A stretch of 25,446 bases of DNA. It comes from a virus. Lineage: Duplodnaviria > Caudoviricetes. Shown piece by piece: positions 1-6,875 of this stretch. The stretch covers positions 1 to 25,446 of IMG/VR virus record IMGVR_UViG_3300034062_003341; one strand, 5' to 3'. Every line of letters begins with the position of its first letter. Positions within the stretch are counted from its first letter, which is position 1. The notes below the pieces were generated by a model. The model saw nothing but the letters and a program-made list of their open reading frames with translations, was not told the origin of the DNA and did no database searches. The position numbers and the translations under genes were made by a program.

Positions 1-438
1 CGCCTCGCCGGGGCATTCCTGACAACCCTGTCAGACCTCGACCACCAGCCGCAGTCGCAGCTGTCACCGTCAGCCGAAGGTGAGCGCATCTTGTTCGGAC
101 GCCCAAACCCTTTCGCCCAAGAAAAGGCTATCCCCACCCCCATTGCGCAGGAAGAAGCACCCTCAAAAAAGAAACGTGCTGCCAAGACTGCGCCGGAGAG
201 CTTGGCGGACAGTGGTCAGAGCCCGTCTGCACCGATTGTTGGTGGCAGCGATACTGCGGACACAAGCTCGGCTCCGGCCGTCGACCTGCCCAAGGTACGC
301 GCGCTGCTGTCTGAGAAGAGCCGCACCGGCAAGCTCACCCAAGTTCAAGCACTGATCGCCCAATACGGTGGCAAGACACTCCCCGACATTCCGGCCGACA
401 AACTGGCCGAGGTTTATTCCAAAGGACTCGCACTATGA
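1..438 (+). CDS. Phage protein, 5'-truncated (type usually found just upstream of DUF2800/DUF2815)
   Basis: Frame 1 is open from base 1, so the true start lies upstream of the window and the track's 91 start is internal. An Ala/Pro/Ser-rich linker precedes the helical C-terminus 'LPKVRALLSEKSRTGKLTQVQALIAQYGGKTLPDIP'. ATGA overlap with the next gene. Confidence 0.75.
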   Translation, partial: RLAGAFLTTLSDLDHQPQSQLSPSAEGERILFGRPNPFAQEKAIPTPIAQEEAPSKKKRAAKTAPESLADSGQSPSAPIVGGSDTADTSSAPAVDLPKVRALLSEKSRTGKLTQVQALIAQYGGKTLPDIPADKLAEVYSKGLAL

Positions 439-659
439 AAGCATTCATCGTAATTACCGACGCCGAAGACGGCACACTGACACTGGAAGGCGGCCTTGAA
501 AACCCGGAGGAGATCTTGGCCGAGGGAGGCATGAGCGGAGCCGCGATCTACTGGTCCTTCTTGACACAGAACAGCGACCGGCTGATGGAAGAAGCCGCGG
601 TATGGTTCGCCGATAAAGTTAAGCTGGCGGCGGAGGGCAAAGATGAACAGTCCCACTGA
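435..659 (+). CDS. Hypothetical acidic protein (74 aa)
   Basis: ATGA-coupled to the upstream stop; AAGGA SD-like site upstream; fills the gap to the next gene. Confidence 0.75.
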   Translation: MKAFIVITDAEDGTLTLEGGLENPEEILAEGGMSGAAIYWSFLTQNSDRLMEEAAVWFADKVKLAAEGKDEQSH

Positions 660-1833
660 ACACCGAGCGCACGCGATCTGCAGCGCCTCGGGCAGTGGCA
701 AGTGGCTCGTCTGCACGCCCAGCGCCAGGCTCGAAGAGAACTTCCCGGATGAGGGCAGCGCGTTTGCCTCCGAAGGGACGTTGGCGCACGAAGCATTTGA
801 TGCGATGCTGAAGTGCTACCTTAGCGGCAACGACGATTCGGACGTGGCGCACGCGATAGCGATCACCGCCACCCTGCCAGATGGCATGCTGGACTACGTT
901 CAAGAGGCGTACGACCGAGCGGTGGTGCTGATCGATGACGCCTACGCCCGCTGCCCTGACCCGGTGATCCTGGCAGAGAAGCGCCTGGACTTCAGCAGAT
1001 GGGTGCCGGAAGGGTTCGGCAAGGGCGACCTGGTCATCATCACCGACGACCTGGTAGACGTTGCTGACTTGAAGTACGGCAAGGGTGTGCTTGTGCCGGC
1101 GCAGGGCAACAGTCAGATGCGCCTGTACGGGCTGGGGGCTTACAACGAACTCAGCCACCTGTATCCGATTAAACGCGTGCGCATGCACGTTTTTCAGCCC
1201 AGGCTGGACAACTGGAGCTGCGAGGAGCTTACCGTTGAGGAGCTGCTCACCTGGGCCGAGGAAGTTGTTGTGCCCAAGGCCAAGCTGGCGTTTGCTGGCG
1301 AGGGCGAGATGGTTGCCGGCGATCACTGTCACAGTTCGTTTTGCCGGGCCAGGTTCACCTGCCCTGAGAGGGACAAAGCGCGCCGAGAGTTAGTGGAAAC
1401 GTCCTTCGCGCTGCAGCCCGCAGAAGCGCTGACAGTAGAGCAGATGGCGCAGGTCCTCTCCCTCGCTGACCAAGTCATCAAGTGGCTGGGTGATGTGAAG
1501 GAGTGGGCATTCCAACAGGCGGAGAGGGGCAACCCGGTGCCAGGATTCAAGCTGGTCGAAGGGCGCAGCAATCGCAAGTACCGCAGCGAAGAAGAGATCA
1601 TCGAGCTTCTCTCCGTGGAGGGTATCCCGGAAGCGTTGGTTTACAAGCGCAACCTAATCGGGATCACCGAGATGGAGAAGCTGCTTGGCAAAAAGAAATT
1701 CGCCGAGGTTCTCGGCAACGCAATCGAGAAACCGCAGGGCAAGCCAACGCTTGTCCCGGAGTCCGATAAACGGCCAGCGCTCGACACGCTGTCCTATTTT
1801 GAAACTGAAGAGTCCCAGGAGGACCCGCAATAA
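643..1833 (+). CDS. DUF2800-family Cas4-like PD-(D/E)xK nuclease
   Basis: Motifs SASGSGKWLVCTPS, EGTLAHE, GKGDLVII, DLKYGKG, QMRLYGLG and the C-terminal Cys cluster HCHSSFCRARFTC; GGAGGG SD; adjacent to the SSB gene. Confidence 0.9.
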   Translation: MNSPTEHRAHAICSASGSGKWLVCTPSARLEENFPDEGSAFASEGTLAHEAFDAMLKCYLSGNDDSDVAHAIAITATLPDGMLDYVQEAYDRAVVLIDDAYARCPDPVILAEKRLDFSRWVPEGFGKGDLVIITDDLVDVADLKYGKGVLVPAQGNSQMRLYGLGAYNELSHLYPIKRVRMHVFQPRLDNWSCEELTVEELLTWAEEVVVPKAKLAFAGEGEMVAGDHCHSSFCRARFTCPERDKARRELVETSFALQPAEALTVEQMAQVLSLADQVIKWLGDVKEWAFQQAERGNPVPGFKLVEGRSNRKYRSEEEIIELLSVEGIPEALVYKRNLIGITEMEKLLGKKKFAEVLGNAIEKPQGKPTLVPESDKRPALDTLSYFETEESQEDPQ

Positions 1834-2378
1834 TGAGCACACAACTTGTACTGAAGAACGTCCGTTTGTCCTACTGCTACGCCGTCAAAGGCAAGCTGAA
1901 CAAGAAAGGCGACCGCGTCTGGAGCACCACCCTTTTGGTGCCCAAGGACCACCCGCAGGTGGAAGAGATCAAAGCTGCGATCAAGTTCGCGATCGATAAG
2001 AATGCGGCGAAGCTGGGCAAGGGGCTGATCAAAAAGCCGCTGCTGGACGGCGACGCGAAGGAAGACGACCAGTTCAAGTATGGGGACGCGATCAATCGTG
2101 GCCACTACCTGCTGCGTGCGGCAAACTACAACCGCGCACCGAAAGTTGTTGACCAGCAGAAGAACGAGATCCTGGACGCCGATCAGCTGTACAGCGGCTG
2201 CTACGCGAACGTGGTGATCAACTTTTACGCCTACGCCGGCGACGAGAACAAGGGCATCAGCCCAGGGCTCGAAGCGATCCAGAAGAAGCGCGACGGTGAG
2301 CGCCTGAGCGGATCTGAGGTCGACGTCAACGAAGTCTTCAGCACCGAAGACGACGATGACTTGGACTTCCTGAAGTAA
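1833..2378 (+). CDS. DUF2815-family single-stranded DNA-binding protein (T7 gp2.5-like)
   Basis: NVRLSY, PLLDGD, LYSGCYANVVINFYAY, NKGISPGLEAIQKKRDGERLSG and the acidic tail TEDDDDLDFLK; TAATG coupling; AGGAGG SD. Confidence 0.9.
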   Translation: MSTQLVLKNVRLSYCYAVKGKLNKKGDRVWSTTLLVPKDHPQVEEIKAAIKFAIDKNAAKLGKGLIKKPLLDGDAKEDDQFKYGDAINRGHYLLRAANYNRAPKVVDQQKNEILDADQLYSGCYANVVINFYAYAGDENKGISPGLEAIQKKRDGERLSGSEVDVNEVFSTEDDDDLDFLK

Positions 2379-2385
2379 GAAAGGC

Positions 2386-2409
2386 GGCGCCTGCCAAGAC
2401 GGGGGCGCC
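2386..2409. other. GC-rich stem-loop directly after the SSB stop codon
   Basis: GGCGCC (2386-2391) pairs with GGCGCC (2404-2409) and extends inward with a bulge. It lies in the only real intergenic gap of the + block. No U-tract follows on the + strand. Confidence 0.45.
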
Positions 2410-2452
2410 AACCACCCCGGATGTCCAACGTGTGACCCAGAGGAGAGCGAAG

Positions 2453-2590
2453 ATGATAATTCGGCAGGTAAAGGATGATTGGTTCAGATTGGACGCTGAC
2501 GGTCTCGTGTTTTTTGGATACACCCAAGAGCACGTGCGGCATAAGTTTCTCGCTTGGGTGCGAGAGCATGACCTGAAGGGGCTGCGGTGA
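2453..2590 (+). CDS. Small hypothetical protein (45 aa), not in the ORF track
   Basis: Translated by hand: MIIRQVKDDWFRLDADGLVFFGYTQEHVRHKFLAWVREHDLKGLR*. AGGAG at 2441-2445; its TGA overlaps the next ATG (TGATG at 2588-2592). Confidence 0.75.
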   Translation: MIIRQVKDDWFRLDADGLVFFGYTQEHVRHKFLAWVREHDLKGLR

Positions 2591-2985
2591 TGCTCTACGA
2601 AATCATGTGCATCGCTATGGCGATCTACCACGAAGCCCGTGGCGAGCCACTTGAAGGCCAGTACGCAGTGGCTCAAGTAGTGATGAACAGGGTCCACGAT
2701 CCACGGTACCCGGATGACGCTTGCAGTGTGGTGTACGAAGGCGGCGAGACACGGCATGAGTGCCAGTTCAGCTTCTTTTGCGACGGCAAGTCAGACCAGC
2801 CCACCGACGATGTACCGTGGAGAGTAGCGCAGCTGATTGCTGCAGCGGTGTACGAAGGGCGCAGTGCTCCGGTAGTTGGCGAAGCAACGCACTACCACGC
2901 ACGACGAGTGCATCCTGACTGGGCGAGTAATGGCTACGTTGTAGCTACGGTTAACGATCACATATTTTATCGAGGTGTGAAATGA
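2590..2985 (+). CDS. Cell wall hydrolase, SleB/Hydrolase_2 family
   Basis: CIAMAIYHEARGE (catalytic Glu), AVAQVVMNRV, CQFSF, ATHYH, HIFY. ATG 2590 is preferred over GTG 2587. Confidence 0.9.
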   Translation: MLYEIMCIAMAIYHEARGEPLEGQYAVAQVVMNRVHDPRYPDDACSVVYEGGETRHECQFSFFCDGKSDQPTDDVPWRVAQLIAAAVYEGRSAPVVGEATHYHARRVHPDWASNGYVVATVNDHIFYRGVK

Positions 2986-3197
2986 CGATATCACTACTAC
3001 GCGGCCGGCTGAACGTGGCACGTGCGCAGTACGCCCTGTCGCGGGTATACCTGTCAGTAGCAAACAAGCGGAAGATGCCACGTGGCCCCGCCCTTTGCGC
3101 TTGCCGACACTGGCGCAACGAGATACTTACAACAGCAATCCAGCTGCGCATCGCGCTGCTAAGGGGGAAGGTATGCACTTTGTTTATTGCCAAGTAG
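2982..3197 (+). CDS. Hypothetical basic protein (71 aa)
   Basis: ATGA coupling with the hydrolase stop; GAGGTG SD; no recognisable family. Confidence 0.6.
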   Translation: MTISLLRGRLNVARAQYALSRVYLSVANKRKMPRGPALCACRHWRNEILTTAIQLRIALLRGKVCTLFIAK

Positions 3198-3574
3198 GAG
3201 GATGTCTGAATTCAAGGGAAGGCTCATCCGGGTACTGCGAAGAACACTCGCACCGGCAAGAGTCAGCAATACCCACTGCCCCGCAAATACTAAAGACCGC
3301 AATCGGTCACATGGAAGAACGCGCAGCGACATACGACCAGCCGCAGGGCGAGCGCAGCATGGGCAAGACGGTGACAATGTTCAACGCGCTGACCGGCAAC
3401 ACGCTGACAGACGAGCAGGGCTGGCTGTTCATGGCCTGCTTGAAGATGGTCAGGGCGCAGCAGGGCGGCTATCGTGCCGACAGCTATGAGGACGGCGCAG
3501 CGTACTTCGCGCTTGCCGGTGAGAGCGCAGCACAGGAGCGAGGCGAGGGTGGGTTCGGGAGCACTGGGCGATGA
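3173..3574 (+). CDS. DUF6378-like phage protein with an N-terminal Cys/His knuckle and a dUTPase-motif-V-like tail
   Basis: ATG 3173 follows an AAGGGGGAAGG SD and is preferred to 3095. Core ERAATYD...GWLFMACLKMVR...DSYEDGAAYFALAGE; N-terminal CQVGGC...YCEEH; ends RGEGGFGSTGR. Confidence 0.75.
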   Translation: MHFVYCQVGGCLNSREGSSGYCEEHSHRQESAIPTAPQILKTAIGHMEERAATYDQPQGERSMGKTVTMFNALTGNTLTDEQGWLFMACLKMVRAQQGGYRADSYEDGAAYFALAGESAAQERGEGGFGSTGR

Positions 3575-3780
3575 GAAGCAACACCTACTATTACAACCTG
3601 AGCCGCGCCGCCGACAAGCAGAACCCTGAGCGCGAGAAGCTGGAAGCGCAAATAAAAGAGTACCTTGCAAAAGGCGGCAAGATCAAACATGTACCCCTCG
3701 GGGCCAGCGCGATGGGTCCGATCACGGATCACGAAACTTGCAAGAAGCTGGAAAAACTAAAAATATTTGGAGATGAATGA
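3571..3780 (+). CDS. SutA-like RNA-polymerase-binding-domain protein
   Basis: EREKLEAQIKEYLAKGGKIKHVP resembles the SutA core (EEFLSRGGKVQEI); ATGA coupling at both ends. Confidence 0.6.
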   Translation: MRSNTYYYNLSRAADKQNPEREKLEAQIKEYLAKGGKIKHVPLGASAMGPITDHETCKKLEKLKIFGDE

Positions 3781-3998
3781 TGGACGAGGACCTTATGAAG
3801 TTTGATGGCCTTGATGACGCAATTCTTGGCGTCGCCTGCCGTGCCGGTGGAGATCAGTTCTTTGTGTACTCACGAGCTGTCTGCATTAAGCTGTTGATGG
3901 CCCAGAACGACTGGGATTTTGAAGAAGCTGAAGAGTATTTCCAGTTCAACGTGGAGTGCGCTTGGATCGGTGACAGCACCCCAGCGTTCATGGAATGA
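3777..3998 (+). CDS. Conserved phage hypothetical protein (73 aa)
   Basis: DGLDDAILGV...VYS...EEAEEYFQFNVECAWIGDSTPAF is a pattern typical of a small phage family; GGAG SD; coupled at both ends. Confidence 0.8.
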   Translation: MMDEDLMKFDGLDDAILGVACRAGGDQFFVYSRAVCIKLLMAQNDWDFEEAEEYFQFNVECAWIGDSTPAFME

Positions 3999-6004
3999 AA
4001 AGACTACACATAGACATAGAGACTTACAGCAGCGTTGACCTTAAAAAGTGCGGTGTGGCTCGGTACGCCGAGTCGGATGACTTTGAAATCCTGCTATTCG
4101 GTTACGCGGTAGATGACGAGCCGCTCCAGGTTGTGGATCTTACAGCGGGGGAAGAGATCCCGGCGCAGATACTATCGGCGTTGTTTGACCACAAGGTTCG
4201 CAAGAAGGCGTTCAACGCCCAGTTCGAACTGACCTGCCTGCAAGAGCACCTCGACGAGGTCCTGCCGCCTGAACAGTGGGAATGCACCAGCGTACACGCC
4301 CTGTACGTTGGTTTGCCAAACGACCTGGACGGCGTGTGCAACGTGATTAAAATCCCAGATCAATACCGCAAACAGAAGGTCGGGTACTCGTTGATACGCA
4401 CGTTCTGCCTACCCTGCCGGCCGACCAAAACGAACAACAACCGCACCCGCAACTTGCCGCATCACGAACCAGAGAAGTGGCAGCTGTTCAAACAGTATTG
4501 CGGGATGGACGTCGAGTGCGAGCGCTATGTGGCGTTGGCGCTGGCAACCTTTCCAGTGCCAGAGAAAGAGCACCGGCTGTGGGTCTTGGACCAGCACATG
4601 TTCCGACGCGGCGTCGGCCTGGACCTTGAGCTCGTAGAGGCCGCGATGCACTGCGACGCTATCGTGAAACAACGCTTCCTCAAGGAGGCTGTTGCTTTGA
4701 CCGGCCTGTCCAACCCCAACAGTGTGTCGAAACTTTTGAAGTGGTTTGAGGAGGAGATGGAAGAAGAGGTTGCGGATCTGCGCAAGAAAAGCATTCCCAA
4801 GCTGCTTGAGAAGGCGGACAGCGCAACGGTGCACCGCATGTTGCAGTTGCGCCAGGAGCTCTCGAAGGCGTCCGTTAAGAAGTACGAGGCCATGCGCCGC
4901 AGCGTGTGCGCAGACAACCGGCTGCGTGGCGTCACGCAATTCTATGGGGCCAACAGAACGGGTCGATGGGCCGGCCGTATTGTGCAGCTGCAGAACTTGC
5001 CACAGAACCATTTGAAAGACCTGCACCTGGCCAGAGACCTGGTGAAGGCGCGAGACATCGAGACGATAGAGACCTTGTTTGGGTCCGTGCCAGACGTCCT
5101 CTCCCAGCTGATCCGCACCGCGATGGTCCCCAAAGAGGGCAGGCGCTTTGTGATCTCCGACTTCAGCGCTATCGAGGCCAGGGTGATTGCATGGATGGCC
5201 TGGTGCGCGTGGAGACTCGACGTGTTTAAAACCCACGGCAAGATCTACGAGGCGTCAGCGGAGCAGATGTTCAAGTTGCCGCCGGGCAGCGTCACAAAGA
5301 AAAGCCCCTACCGACAGAAGGGTAAGATCAGCGAACTGGCCCTGGGCTTCCAGGGTGGGGCCAACGCCATGGTCAACATGGGCGCGCTGGACATGGGGCT
5401 GGAAGAGAAAGAGCTGCAGCCGATTGTTGACGCTTGGCGGACGGCGAACCCTGAGATCGTCGAGCTGTGGTCCAGCGTAGAGACCGCGATGAAAGAGGCC
5501 TTGCGGACCAAGGTCCCCGTCACTTTGAAGATCGCAGGCGGGCGCAGCCAGATCGTTTACACCTTTGAGAACAAGTACCTGATAGCGACGCTGCCCAGCG
5601 GACGCAGACTTTTCTACGCAAAAGCACGACTAGAGCCGGAAGATTTGTGGCAAGACCTTGCAAACGGTGGCAGAATACAGATCGCCAGGGAGGGGTCCGT
5701 GACATACGAAGGCGTGGACCAGAGGACCAGACGTTGGTGCCGCATGGGGACCTTTGGTGGTCGGGCGGTGGAGAACCTGGTCCAGGCAATTGCGCGGGAC
5801 TGTCTTGCTGAGGCCATGCTGGCGCTCGACGCCGCCGGGTTTAGCCAGACGTTCACTGTTCACGATGAAGACGTGAGCGAAGAGGAAGAGGATCGCCTCA
5901 TCGAGATGGAGCAGATCATGGGCCGGCCGATTAGCTGGGCGCGGGGTCTACCTTTAAAGGCTGATGGTTTTACAACTGACTACTACATGAAGGAAATCGA
6001 ATGA
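3995..6004 (+). CDS. polA: Phage family A DNA polymerase with 3'-5' exonuclease domain
   Basis: Exo motifs HIDIETYS, FNAQFE, YCGMDVE; RTGRWAG, QLQNLP; motif A DFSAIEARV; motif B RQKGKISELALGFQGG; ENLVQAIARD; motif C TVHDE. Confidence 0.96.
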   Translation: MKRLHIDIETYSSVDLKKCGVARYAESDDFEILLFGYAVDDEPLQVVDLTAGEEIPAQILSALFDHKVRKKAFNAQFELTCLQEHLDEVLPPEQWECTSVHALYVGLPNDLDGVCNVIKIPDQYRKQKVGYSLIRTFCLPCRPTKTNNNRTRNLPHHEPEKWQLFKQYCGMDVECERYVALALATFPVPEKEHRLWVLDQHMFRRGVGLDLELVEAAMHCDAIVKQRFLKEAVALTGLSNPNSVSKLLKWFEEEMEEEVADLRKKSIPKLLEKADSATVHRMLQLRQELSKASVKKYEAMRRSVCADNRLRGVTQFYGANRTGRWAGRIVQLQNLPQNHLKDLHLARDLVKARDIETIETLFGSVPDVLSQLIRTAMVPKEGRRFVISDFSAIEARVIAWMAWCAWRLDVFKTHGKIYEASAEQMFKLPPGSVTKKSPYRQKGKISELALGFQGGANAMVNMGALDMGLEEKELQPIVDAWRTANPEIVELWSSVETAMKEALRTKVPVTLKIAGGRSQIVYTFENKYLIATLPSGRRLFYAKARLEPEDLWQDLANGGRIQIAREGSVTYEGVDQRTRRWCRMGTFGGRAVENLVQAIARDCLAEAMLALDAAGFSQTFTVHDEDVSEEEEDRLIEMEQIMGRPISWARGLPLKADGFTTDYYMKEIE

Positions 6005-6243
6005 CGCACCCTAAGCAATTGGAGTTACCGTTTACTGGGAGACACATCTTGAACGACAAACTCTTAACGCCAAAAGAACTCGCAGAGATGTTGCGGCTGT
6101 CACCCGAAACGGTGAAGGCGGACTGCCGTCGAGCCCCGGATAAACTTCCGCCCCGTTTCAAACGCCCCGGATCAAACCGTCTTTTGTGGCGACTGAGCGA
6201 TGTCGAAGAGTGGATCAATAAATATTCTGGAGATCCTAAATGA
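6001..6243 (+). CDS. AlpA/excisionase-like helix-turn-helix DNA-binding protein
   Basis: KLLTPKELAEMLRLSPETV...LPPRFKRPGSNRLLWRLSDVEEWI; ATGA coupling. Confidence 0.8.
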   Translation: MTHPKQLELPFTGRHILNDKLLTPKELAEMLRLSPETVKADCRRAPDKLPPRFKRPGSNRLLWRLSDVEEWINKYSGDPK

Positions 6244-6875
6244 GTTTTGTATGCCCGCTGCCACCGATCAAAGTCTTTGTGCGCTCTGAGTATTTGCAGG
6301 ACCACCTGCGCGGGCACGGCTCTTACGTTGAAGGGATCTGGTGCAGTGTAAAAAGTATACGCGGCCAGGCTTTTCGTTTTGAGACGTACCTGCCTGAGTA
6401 CGGCGCGTTGTATGACAAGCTGCCGATCAGCGCTTTTGCGTGGAAAGAAGCTATCGAGGACGACCAGCCGCTGGACGTGTTGCAGATCTGGGATTGCCTG
6501 GGGTACCACATAGAGGTGATCGAGAAGCCCCTGCTCGCTGGGCTCAGAGCCAGCGTATTCTGCAAGGACCGGGTCGCCCGAGAGGGTATCTACATGTTCA
6601 CACTTGATGGCGCGCAGCCAGACCCACGGGTGCCCGACTTCACGTTCACGCAAACCCCGGACGAGCACAAAAGCTACAACGTCATCCGGTTGGACAACGG
6701 GCAGTTTGCGCTACAGCCGAACAACCGTTGCCAGTTCTTTGACAACGCCTTTGTGCCGGAGACGTTGAAGACCCCGGACTTCGAGGTCTGCACGCACATT
6801 TACGCTGTCGAACACAAAAGCAAGTGGCGTCTGGGCGGCGATGTTAACTTTCGATACGAGACACCCGATCGTTGA
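6240..6875 (+). CDS. Conserved phage hypothetical protein (211 aa)
   Basis: Globular composition (VRSEYLQDH, GALYDKLPISAF, QIWDC, YMFTLD, EHKSYN, NGQFALQPNNR); ATGA coupling; last gene of the + block. Confidence 0.8.
   Translation: MSFVCPLPPIKVFVRSEYLQDHLRGHGSYVEGIWCSVKSIRGQAFRFETYLPEYGALYDKLPISAFAWKEAIEDDQPLDVLQIWDCLGYHIEVIEKPLLAGLRASVFCKDRVAREGIYMFTLDGAQPDPRVPDFTFTQTPDEHKSYNVIRLDNGQFALQPNNRCQFFDNAFVPETLKTPDFEVCTHIYAVEHKSKWRLGGDVNFRYETPDR

Noticed and set aside
643-1833. Cas4-like nuclease as evidence of a CRISPR system
   Set aside because: No repeat-spacer array or other cas genes are visible; DUF2800 is a standard part of this phage replication module.
2379-2452. Possible tRNA or Rho-independent terminator in the intergenic gap
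   Set aside because: No cloverleaf or T-loop GTTC motif, and the hairpin lacks a + strand U-tract; kept only as a stem-loop.
6001-6243. Integration module or att site near the Xis-like gene
   Set aside because: No integrase or identifiable att repeat in the window; a temperate lifestyle remains only a suggestion.
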